A stretch of 40,500 nucleotides of DNA from Candidatus Bathyarchaeia archaeon (GCA_035529355.1 DATKWX010000008.1:1-40500), one strand, 5' to 3'; shown: positions 7,196-15,637, counted from the first letter of the stretch. Numbers and translations: made by a program. The notes: a model not told the origin generated them from the letters alone.

Positions 7196-10100
7196 ATGTC
7201 AAAATTCACTGCCCATGCCAGTAAAGTTATTGAAAAGGTCGCTTTGGGGCGCCTTAAAAAGGCGGAAGCGAGCCGTTTGCTCAAGGTTTCCCGTAAAACC
7301 GTTTATCAGTGGTTAGCCAAATATAAAAAGGCTAGAGAGAATAGGCTTCGCCACGGAAAAAAAAGAGAATTATTTAAACAAGATGTTTTAAGAATTGGTT
7401 TGGCTAATTCCGGCTTCGGACCGAAGAAAATCTCAGAAGAACTTCGTAAAAGAGAAAAATATCTTAGCCCTAAAAGTGTTTGGCTTTTGCTTAAAGATTT
7501 AGATCTGGGGACGCAGAAAAAGCGTTGGAGTTATACTTTCAACTTCAGGAAACCTCAACAGGTCAAAGATGCTAACTTTCCTGGTTATTTAAGGCTCATT
7601 CCGGAAACAAGGAAGCAGCTTTTGGAAGAAGTATTGATTGGAGATGAACCGGTTTCCCATGTCTGTCAGCGCTACCATATTTCCCGAAAGACTTTCTATA
7701 AATGGTTAAAGCGCTACCAAGAGGCACAAGCTAAAGATACGGTTCTTGTAAAGGCCATGGCAGATAACAATCCTTTGGGTTTTGCTCATCCCCGGGCAAT
7801 TTCTGAAGAACTGCAGGAAAAGATACTATATATAGTAAGAGAGCATCCGGAGTACTCGACTCACAAAGTGGCCCAGGTATTAGCTAAAGTAGGTAACCAT
7901 GGGGTGCAAAATGTTTTTCAAAGGTTTAACCTTAGTACCTATGAGAAAAGATTGGTTTACAGCCAAGCTTATCAGCCAGTAACACTGCCTCCTTTTGCCC
8001 GGATCCTGGATTTCCTCAAACCCGTTTTTGGCAGACTGCCTACCTTGTCTGCTATTCCTCCGCCTCTTATAGCTCTATTAGCAAATCTTCTGGTAAAACT
8101 TCGAAGACTTAGTCTGTCTTCTTTAAAAGAGATTAATTTAAAACAGATTAATTTCAAAAAAATCAAGCCTCTTTTACCCTATTCCTTCCTCAGTTTCCTT
8201 GCCGCTGTTGTTTTCTCCTCAGGCTTTATTTACTGGACTAAAATGTTATCTCAGGCTCCCAATCTGAGTGCTAAGATAGGCTTGGTCATGGCCAGCAGCG
8301 CTTTGTTCTTCGGTTCCATCTTCTTTGTCTATTCCCTCAAGTATTACTTTAGCCTCATCCTGGTTTTGTCTTTTTCCCGGCATTCCCCTGAAGAAGGCGG
8401 AGGTCTGAGCATTGCTTTGAATGGGAGGGTTAATGGTAATAGGAATGGTTATGGTAATGGTAGCAGTAATGCTAATGGCAATACTACTATTAATAGTCAT
8501 ACCGGGTTTTTAGGTTTCCTTAAGAAGGTCTTTGGGATTGAGGTTACTGCTAATGGGAATGGAGAAGGCAATGGTTATTCTAATGGTGAAGGTAGTACCA
8601 CCAGCCAAAACCCCAAACAGTCTTTCCTGGAAAATGGCGGAGAGCATCAGGGAAATGGTCTTCAGCCCAACCTTGACCATATCTTTCTTACCCGTCATCC
8701 TTTCATCTCCATCCAGATTCCTTTGTACAACGAGAAGAGAGTAGCCAAAAGAGTCATCAAAGCCTGCATGGCGATGAAGTATGGCCCGGATTGGCCAGAC
8801 CAACCCCAGTTTGAAGTGATTGTTTGTGATGACTCCAATGACGAAACCAGTAAACTCATCTCAGACCTCCAAAGAACCTATGGCAAGGTTAAGGTCATCA
8901 TGGGAGAAGACGGAGAAAAGATCTCCCAGGTCTCAGCCATCGGTAAACCTACCCTCAAGGTAATCCACCGGGAGAACAGGGAAGGTTTCAAAGGCAAAGC
9001 CCTGTCTTATGCCCTCAAATACATGGATTCCCAAACTGAGTTTTGTTGTGTCTTTGATGCTGACTTTGTTCCTTACCCCGATACCCTTACTCAGTTCATC
9101 AAGTATTTCAAAGCCACCGGCGGCTGGGAAGAGAAACAGAGATTTGTAACAGGAAGCATTAGTTCGATACCTTCTGATATATTGGGAAGGACAAGGCTTA
9201 ACCGCAGTCAGGAGCAAGCCTACCAAGTCCAGGAAGCAGGACTTAAGACCAAGTCCAATATCGCCTGTATTGCCGGCTACCAATGGCATGTCTTAAACAA
9301 ATCAGAAAACTGGATTACCCGGGGAGTAAGATCAGAATATGCCGGATCCTACGTCATTGAAAGACCAAGCCAGGAAATCCTGGGCAGTCTAAAACTCATC
9401 CATGGTTCTTCATACTGCATGAGAGCTGATGTCCTAAAGCACTTTGGCTGGGGAACAAGTATCACTGAAGACTTTGAACTTACCCTAAGACTATATGAAA
9501 AAGGCTTCAAGGTTGTCTACACTCCCTATGTCCAAGCTCCGGCTGAGTGTGTGAGTACCATCAAAAGACTCATCAGGCAGAGAATGAGGTGGGCTGAAGG
9601 CCACTCCTTTAATATCAAGAAGATGTTTGGGAGACTGATGTTTGGTAGGTGGCAAGAGCTTCAACCTTGTCATTCTGAATTTATTTCAGAATCTTCTCCC
9701 AAAACCGTCATACTGAATTTATTCCAGCATCTTTTTCATCTTAGAAAGGTAGGGATCCTGAAACAAGTTCAGGATGACGTTGGACGTCAAGTCCAAAGCC
9801 TGTCCCGAATTCATTTCGGGAATGACGCGGTAGAAGGTAGTGCTAGACGCTTCATCCCCAGCCCTCTTACTTTCCCTGAAAAAGTGGAATTCCTTTACTT
9901 ATCTCCCTACTACCTCCAGGCTTTCTTTTTCCTTTTAGGCACCTTTTCCTGGTTAATTGCCGAAACCGTCTTCAAAGCAAGGCTGCCTTTTTGGACAGCC
10001 TTATGGGGTTGGTCTCTGGTTTTGACCAACTTCTTTGCCTTACCTTTGCTTAATGCTGTTGGCCTCTTTCTTGAAGAAGCAGAAGAAAAAGACTATTCAG

Positions 10101-13100
10101 GTTTAGCTTCCTTCATTATCCTTTCCTACATCCTTGTTCCTTTCCAAGCCTATGCTTCGGTTAAAGGCTTCATGGAGAAAAAAGAAGGTCCTTGGTTCAG
10201 AACTCCCAAGACTGGAAAGATTACTGATGTTTTCAAAAGAGGTAGTTTTTATCGCTGGGTATCAGGAATACTGCCGGGAAGGAAACTGCCTTCTTTTGGT
10301 TTCTCTTTTCAGTCCCGTGACCTGGCCCTAAACTACCTTCATGATATTACTACCAGTAACAATCCTTTTAGCAACTTCAGGATCAGAAAAAGACATTACC
10401 GGGGTTTTATGGCAACCATGCTTGTTTTCCTGATCATTTGTTCTTCCACCATCTTCAGCATGCTGCCTTCAGTTCCCCAAAACAAGATTCCCTATGCCCA
10501 GGCTCAGGGACAGCTGGGGATTAGTCCTACATCAGCAGAGAACAAAGACACAGCAGACAATGGGAACACCAAGCTGGCCTTAAACTCCATCCCACCTTCT
10601 GGTAATGGAAAACCACCAGTGATTCTGACAGACAACAGAGAGAAGAATTCAGAATCAGCTCAGACCTACCTGCCCGGCAGGCAGGATTCAGAACTGGAAG
10701 AAACAGCCATGAGCGGGAATCAAACCCCAAGTCTTAAAGTTGAAGAACATAGTCCTGATAAAACTCCCCAGGACTTTTACCTTAAAGTCGTAGATCCTGA
10801 GTCCGCAGAAGGAAATGATAAAGGTAACTTTGTTCCTTACAGACTGACTAAGAAAGACAACACCATTGAAGTAGAAACCAGATCAGAAAAAGGCATCCAG
10901 AAGATAGTGATGGATAAAAACTCAACAGAAGTTAGACTTTATGAAAAAACCACAGCCCCAGACACCCCCGAGGTGAATTCTGCAGACACCTCGGGGGTGA
11001 ATCAGGAAGCAACTGACTTTGTTTTTAAGGCAGTCTCGGTACCTATCTTTGAGTACCTTCCTAATGATCACCTCCAAGGTGATTCTTCCTGGCAGGATTA
11101 CACTCCTTTAGTACCGGGAACTTTATCTTCCCAAGACAATGAGGATTACGCTATAGTAAGGTTAGACTTTGACCTTGTTTCCCAGGATCCCTTTGTTTCT
11201 ATCCCAGCTTCCATAGAACTTAAGATAGGCTACAGCAAAGACCAGGGAAGCATTAACAAACTTTCCTTTAGCCTTCAAGATAATCCTAATACCAATAGAC
11301 TAAGGTGGGAGACTAAGATAATTCAGAATTCACCTGCCAGCAATGCTTCGCCCGCCAGCAATGCTTCGCAAAACGATGCGGGCTGGCAAAGCGAGGCAGA
11401 CGGGGAATTCAGAATTCAGAATGATAATTTCAACCTGACAGAACAAAGGAATGAAGACCTGGAACAGCTTTACCAGGCTTCCATCATAAACCCTCCGCTG
11501 GTAAAACAAGACTTTGATAACCTCAACCTAAACTGGTTTGATTTCTTCAAACAGTATTCCTACCCTCCTTATTTAGGAAACAGCGTCAGGGTAGAACAAA
11601 ACGCAGAGGATAATACCAATACGGTTATCTTTTATCCGGAAGGAAAACCAGGCAGGTTGGAGGTGGACCCGACGGTAACTACGACGGTGGCTGTTTCAAC
11701 AATCACGGTTCAAAGTTCAGACTTTGATAACTCCGGCTCAACAGGTTTCAAGATAATCTTTGACAATACTAAAGGTGGCACCATTGATGAGTTTTACCAT
11801 GATTCAATTGGTGTCGGAGCTACTAATATTGTTTCTGGTAATGCTGTTTATGATGCTTTGTTTGATATTGAATATGATGACGCATATCTTTCTGGTGATG
11901 CGACTGGTTCTTTAACCTTAATTGAAGCTAGCCCCAATAGGGCAGTAGTGAAGGCAGTTGGTAATGTGACTACAAATGATGTAGCGACGATTGACTACAC
12001 CATTTATCCTGATGGTCAAGTTTTTATGAAAGTGGCTTTAGAGATTAAAGACGGAGAAAGGAATGGTGAAGGTGATATGTTCTTTCTGATTCAGGACTAT
12101 GACGGTTATAAAGAAACTTACTCAAGCGTGGATGATACTAACAAAGCGGTTGTTTTATTGCCTGACGCCAGCGGTTTTGATACAGCTTTAATTCCTTACT
12201 CAAGTTCTTATGTGGGAACAGTTGATAACGCTGCCAGTGAAGCTAATGACAATATCATGGTCAAATACGATTCAGCGGCTTCAGGCTATGATGATGAAAC
12301 CACGGTTGAAAGTTACTGGTTTTTGGATCTTTCCGAAAGCGCTTATGATGCCACGCTTTTGACCAACAGAAGAAACGAATACCGGAATTTGGAAAATCCT
12401 GATGTTTTGCAAAACCTAAGTCCGACGGTAGTTTCTCCATCTGATTCTTCACCTCCAATTCAGTTATCAAAAGGCTCAATCCAGGTTGATGTGCCTAACA
12501 GATACCGGGCAGTGATGCAGACAGGGGATACGGAGGACTATATGTTAATCTATGACCGGGCGCAGAATGACAGCAGTCCTCTTAATACTTATGAATTTAT
12601 GGGGCCATATATTTATGAAGATAGTGCTGCCTATATGTTAAGGTATCATAACTTGAGAAAGACAACTATTCTGGAGTCTTCCAGTGTAAGAGTGAGAGTG
12701 AGAGTTGAGGGTTGTTTTGACACTGTCGCCGGCGGCGCCTGTCTCGGCGGGACTGATTTTACGGTGATTGAAGATTACACTTTTACCACCGAAGGCATCT
12801 ATGTTTCCAACATTACCGACTTTAATAGCGGCGGCGTGGCTTTAGATACACCGGGAGCCAATGAAAACGGCTACAACTTCCTGATGATTGATGGTGATAT
12901 TCAGGATGATGCTTTTGCTGGTACTTTATATTACGGAGACGGCAATACCGAAGCTAGTTCAGCTGTAGACGCGACTTTTGAGGAAACTAACATTTATGCG
13001 ACTTTTCCGGCGGTTGACGCTTCCGGCTATCAGTCGGCTATTGTCGGTATCCAAAGAGATGGTTGGCTTGACCAAGCAGGAGGAACAGAAGACTGGCGGA

Positions 13101-15637
13101 TTGATATCGGCGTCGGCACCACCGACCGGCTCCACGCCCGAGAGGGCAATGTTACGCCAACAGGCCTTCTCTATGCCAAATGGTATTTTTTGCTCCAGCC
13201 CGAGAACGACTTGGATGCTGAAGCCGAAAGAGAGAGCTTTAACAACGATAATCGTAATCCCGACACTCTCACTTTTGCCACCGGTAACCAATGGAGTTTT
13301 GAGGACGATTCGGACTTGGAGGGACTGTGGTATATGGAGAGCGATGGCTCAACTGCTGAAACCGATCAATCCACTAGGGGTAATAACTTAACGGTTAGTA
13401 CAGACGACACTATACCGCGAACCACCGATGCCAGAGAAGGAACCTACTCCAGGGATTTTGAAAGAAGTGACACTGATTCTTTAGGTATTGCCGATGCCAG
13501 CCAGAAAGGACTGGATTTTACCGCTGTTTTTACTCTTTCCGCTTGGGTGAATCTTGAAACAAACACAAGCGCAGGCGATATAATTTGTAAAGGCAGTTCC
13601 GGAGTGGCAGCCGTCGGTGCTTACAGTATGTACTACAGCGCTGGAAATGGCCTTGGAGCTAGATTAAGTAATGGAAGCGCTTTTAGCTGGCTTGAAACAG
13701 CAGGATCGGTATTGCCTGATGGAAGTTGGAGTCACGTGGCACTTACTTTCAACGGCGCTACAGTCAGAGCTTATATCAACGGTTCGGAAAACCGGACCGG
13801 CAGTTTTCCGGCAAGTTACGCCAATACGTTAGCCAACAGTTCTTACTATTTTTGTATCGGCGGCACTGGCGGAAGTACAAGTTGTAGTGGAACCTTTGAT
13901 GGTTTAATTGATGAGGCCGCTGTTTTTTCCCGCGTCCTATTCCCTGCAGAAATTGAGCAGATTTATAAAGCCGGAGTCAAAGAACACTACAACGAAGCTG
14001 AAGGAGCTTATACGGTTGACGCTTCAGGTTCGCAGGTGAATTTGGATATTGATGGAGGGAGTAACGCTTCGACAGCTGTTGCGACGACAGCAGTTACGGT
14101 TGGAGTAACCTCTATCACCGTTGGTTCAACCACAGGCTTTCCCGCCGCTCCCAGTCTAGCCTATATTGACGGCGACAAGTTTTCCTATACCGGTACAACC
14201 GCGACTACCTTTACCGGTATCCCTGCCAACGGAGAACTCTCTGTTACCGATCATGCTATCGGCAGCGTGGTTTCTTCTATGAACCGGTACAAGCCTAACT
14301 TTAAAATCCGTAACTACCGCCAAAACAGCAAGCCAAGTTCCGTGACCATGGAAGGAGCCGCGCTGGTTGAAGGCACAAATTATAATGTTGACTATAAACC
14401 GGTCTCCGACGCCTATTTTGCCGATGAGTTGCTTTGGGCTTCGACATTAGAAAGCGCCGCGGTGGTGACTAGTCCAGATATAGGTGGCGCCGGTTCAGAA
14501 TGCGGTACTAAACCGAGCTATACTACTGGGAAGTATGGAAATGGGGTTAAGTTTGATGCCAGTGGTGAATGCCTGTATTTTGCCACTACGGGTAACTTTG
14601 ATAAGGCAAAAGGGGCGATTGAATTTTGGTATAAACCAACATTAGTCTATAGTGATGCAGCAACCCATTATTTTATTCAATTATACCAAGACGCTAATAA
14701 TTACTTCCAATTTTACAAAGCAAGTAGTAACAATTTGATTTTCATAATCGATGCCAGCAGTACTCAAAGTGGTGTTCGAGTTGTAAGCACTAACTATTCC
14801 TGGGCCGCTGGCGATTGGGTTCATTTACGAATCCAGTGGGACGATACTGATCTCAGTACCGAAACCCAGATGAAAATTTACATTAATGGAGTGGAGTCGG
14901 CCCATGATCATCCTGCAGCCAACGACTATAACTCAGCTAATTTGACTCTTCCAACTAATATAGGAATTAGTAATTCTGCTGCTGGACTCCATGCTGATGG
15001 GATTATCGATGAATTTCGCGTCTACGGTGGTGCTGCCGCCACTCCAATTACTCTGGCCGATGGCGGCGATATTGCTGATACTGACGAATATCTTTTTGAC
15101 GAAGAAAATGATTATCAATTAGACTTTGATCCGGTTGATGCTGATGCTACAGAAAGAGGAGAATATCTTTTCTTGGGTGCTGACACGATGTTTGCGGGGG
15201 TTAATATTGATCTAGCTACCAATGGGGCAACAGCCGGAAGCTTGAACCTTGTTTGGGAATACTGGAATGGGTCTTCTTGGGCTGATCTTGAGAGTATCTC
15301 CGGGTTTACTGATGGTACCAGCAACCTCACCACTGATGGAGCGATTTACTGGAATGCCAATCCTACCAACTGGAGGCCATACTCAGTTAATGGCTCAAGC
15401 GATCTTTACTATATCCGTACCTCTCTGAAGGATGATTCGGGAACTTATTCCACTGATCCAATTGAAAACTTTATTAAAACTGATATCCTAATCCTCCAAT
15501 ACCTGAGCAACGTTGTTTCAGACAGCCAGACCTTGGTGGTCGTACCGGAATACCTCTGGCCATTCCTGGCAATCATTCCTTTTATCCCAGGGTTTTTGAA
15601 GAAAAGAAAAAAGGGTCAGACCCTGTTAAGGATCTGA
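7196..15637 (+). CDS. giant multidomain membrane protein: 2x transposase-type HTH modules + processive GT2 synthase + LamG-containing ectodomain + C-terminal sorting signal
   Basis: Uninterrupted 8442-nt ORF. 7196-7960: two HTH+winged-HTH modules of IS630/IS481 N-terminal type (SRKTVYQWLAKYKK; SPKSVWLLLKDLDL; ISRKTFYKWLKRYQEAQ; HPEYSTHKVAQVL) with no DDE domain. About 8170-8390: TM helices. 8408-8670: Asn/Gly linker. 8695-9625: GT2 core with DD 8828-8833, DAD 9056-9064, TED 9464-9472 and QRMRW 9578-9592. About 9630-9860: 71 extra codons absent from the paralog. 9890-10160: TM helices, then PWFRTPKTGK. 10411-10467: TM anchor. 10470-15544: ectodomain with two LamG/ConA-like modules (about 13315-13970 FDGLIDEAAVFSRVL; about 14425-15030 ADGIIDEFRVYGG). 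15545-15634: PEY-TM-KKRKK tail. Confidence 0.85.
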   Translation: MSKFTAHASKVIEKVALGRLKKAEASRLLKVSRKTVYQWLAKYKKARENRLRHGKKRELFKQDVLRIGLANSGFGPKKISEELRKREKYLSPKSVWLLLKDLDLGTQKKRWSYTFNFRKPQQVKDANFPGYLRLIPETRKQLLEEVLIGDEPVSHVCQRYHISRKTFYKWLKRYQEAQAKDTVLVKAMADNNPLGFAHPRAISEELQEKILYIVREHPEYSTHKVAQVLAKVGNHGVQNVFQRFNLSTYEKRLVYSQAYQPVTLPPFARILDFLKPVFGRLPTLSAIPPPLIALLANLLVKLRRLSLSSLKEINLKQINFKKIKPLLPYSFLSFLAAVVFSSGFIYWTKMLSQAPNLSAKIGLVMASSALFFGSIFFVYSLKYYFSLILVLSFSRHSPEEGGGLSIALNGRVNGNRNGYGNGSSNANGNTTINSHTGFLGFLKKVFGIEVTANGNGEGNGYSNGEGSTTSQNPKQSFLENGGEHQGNGLQPNLDHIFLTRHPFISIQIPLYNEKRVAKRVIKACMAMKYGPDWPDQPQFEVIVCDDSNDETSKLISDLQRTYGKVKVIMGEDGEKISQVSAIGKPTLKVIHRENREGFKGKALSYALKYMDSQTEFCCVFDADFVPYPDTLTQFIKYFKATGGWEEKQRFVTGSISSIPSDILGRTRLNRSQEQAYQVQEAGLKTKSNIACIAGYQWHVLNKSENWITRGVRSEYAGSYVIERPSQEILGSLKLIHGSSYCMRADVLKHFGWGTSITEDFELTLRLYEKGFKVVYTPYVQAPAECVSTIKRLIRQRMRWAEGHSFNIKKMFGRLMFGRWQELQPCHSEFISESSPKTVILNLFQHLFHLRKVGILKQVQDDVGRQVQSLSRIHFGNDAVEGSARRFIPSPLTFPEKVEFLYLSPYYLQAFFFLLGTFSWLIAETVFKARLPFWTALWGWSLVLTNFFALPLLNAVGLFLEEAEEKDYSGLASFIILSYILVPFQAYASVKGFMEKKEGPWFRTPKTGKITDVFKRGSFYRWVSGILPGRKLPSFGFSFQSRDLALNYLHDITTSNNPFSNFRIRKRHYRGFMATMLVFLIICSSTIFSMLPSVPQNKIPYAQAQGQLGISPTSAENKDTADNGNTKLALNSIPPSGNGKPPVILTDNREKNSESAQTYLPGRQDSELEETAMSGNQTPSLKVEEHSPDKTPQDFYLKVVDPESAEGNDKGNFVPYRLTKKDNTIEVETRSEKGIQKIVMDKNSTEVRLYEKTTAPDTPEVNSADTSGVNQEATDFVFKAVSVPIFEYLPNDHLQGDSSWQDYTPLVPGTLSSQDNEDYAIVRLDFDLVSQDPFVSIPASIELKIGYSKDQGSINKLSFSLQDNPNTNRLRWETKIIQNSPASNASPASNASQNDAGWQSEADGEFRIQNDNFNLTEQRNEDLEQLYQASIINPPLVKQDFDNLNLNWFDFFKQYSYPPYLGNSVRVEQNAEDNTNTVIFYPEGKPGRLEVDPTVTTTVAVSTITVQSSDFDNSGSTGFKIIFDNTKGGTIDEFYHDSIGVGATNIVSGNAVYDALFDIEYDDAYLSGDATGSLTLIEASPNRAVVKAVGNVTTNDVATIDYTIYPDGQVFMKVALEIKDGERNGEGDMFFLIQDYDGYKETYSSVDDTNKAVVLLPDASGFDTALIPYSSSYVGTVDNAASEANDNIMVKYDSAASGYDDETTVESYWFLDLSESAYDATLLTNRRNEYRNLENPDVLQNLSPTVVSPSDSSPPIQLSKGSIQVDVPNRYRAVMQTGDTEDYMLIYDRAQNDSSPLNTYEFMGPYIYEDSAAYMLRYHNLRKTTILESSSVRVRVRVEGCFDTVAGGACLGGTDFTVIEDYTFTTEGIYVSNITDFNSGGVALDTPGANENGYNFLMIDGDIQDDAFAGTLYYGDGNTEASSAVDATFEETNIYATFPAVDASGYQSAIVGIQRDGWLDQAGGTEDWRIDIGVGTTDRLHAREGNVTPTGLLYAKWYFLLQPENDLDAEAERESFNNDNRNPDTLTFATGNQWSFEDDSDLEGLWYMESDGSTAETDQSTRGNNLTVSTDDTIPRTTDAREGTYSRDFERSDTDSLGIADASQKGLDFTAVFTLSAWVNLETNTSAGDIICKGSSGVAAVGAYSMYYSAGNGLGARLSNGSAFSWLETAGSVLPDGSWSHVALTFNGATVRAYINGSENRTGSFPASYANTLANSSYYFCIGGTGGSTSCSGTFDGLIDEAAVFSRVLFPAEIEQIYKAGVKEHYNEAEGAYTVDASGSQVNLDIDGGSNASTAVATTAVTVGVTSITVGSTTGFPAAPSLAYIDGDKFSYTGTTATTFTGIPANGELSVTDHAIGSVVSSMNRYKPNFKIRNYRQNSKPSSVTMEGAALVEGTNYNVDYKPVSDAYFADELLWASTLESAAVVTSPDIGGAGSECGTKPSYTTGKYGNGVKFDASGECLYFATTGNFDKAKGAIEFWYKPTLVYSDAATHYFIQLYQDANNYFQFYKASSNNLIFIIDASSTQSGVRVVSTNYSWAAGDWVHLRIQWDDTDLSTETQMKIYINGVESAHDHPAANDYNSANLTLPTNIGISNSAAGLHADGIIDEFRVYGGAAATPITLADGGDIADTDEYLFDEENDYQLDFDPVDADATERGEYLFLGADTMFAGVNIDLATNGATAGSLNLVWEYWNGSSWADLESISGFTDGTSNLTTDGAIYWNANPTNWRPYSVNGSSDLYYIRTSLKDDSGTYSTDPIENFIKTDILILQYLSNVVSDSQTLVVVPEYLWPFLAIIPFIPGFLKKRKKGQTLLRI
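9669..9826. mobile_element. cluster of four small palindromic (GTCATTC..GAATGAC family) hairpin units embedded in frame in the giant CDS
   Basis: 9669-9693: GTCATTCTGAA-TTTAT-TTCAGAATC. 9707-9731: degenerate copy. 9755-9778: ATCCTGAA-ACAAG-TTCAGGATGAC. 9802-9826: GTCCCGAA-TTCAT-TTCGGGAATGAC. The segment is missing from the paralog at the homologous position. The same unit family is intergenic at 23913-24002. Confidence 0.6.
11333..11368 (+). repeat. 18-bp tandem duplication (PASNAS x2) inside the giant CDS
   Basis: cctgccagcaatgcttcg / cccgccagcaatgcttcg, 17 of 18 identical. It is flanked by ATTCAGAAT(TCA) repeats at 11321-11332 and 11407-11422. Confidence 0.7.
15545..15634 (+). other. C-terminal tripartite sorting signal (PEY - hydrophobic helix - KKRKK)
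   Basis: PEYLWPFLAIIPFIPGFLKKRKKGQTLLRI. The layout matches PEP-CTERM/PEF-CTERM-type signals. The motif PFIP and the basic cluster are shared with the paralog tail. Confidence 0.55.

Noticed and set aside
7196-7960. Possible active insertion sequence at the 5' end of the giant genes
   Set aside because: Only the HTH part of a transposase is present. There is no DDE or recombinase domain and no terminal inverted repeats, and the reading frame continues directly into TM and GT2 domains in both paralogs.
8246-8803. ORFs 8246-8500 (-), 8510-8803 (-) and 8532-8744 (+), overlapping the giant gene
   Set aside because: They lie in alternative frames of the Asn/Gly repeat linker. Repetitive codons keep several frames open. 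They have no start context or motifs, and the 8.4-kb sense frame explains the region.
9630-9860. Intein or intron explanation for the extra 71 codons
   Set aside because: The segment is far too short for an intein and lacks splicing-junction residues or a homing endonuclease. It has no group I or group II intron features. Its hairpin-unit composition matches a repeat family seen intergenically.
12959-13391. ORFs 12959-13291 (-) and 12978-13391 (+) inside the ectodomain
   Set aside because: They are a by-product of the locally GC-rich coding sequence, where stop codons are rare. The translations are low-complexity and Arg/Ser/Pro-rich.
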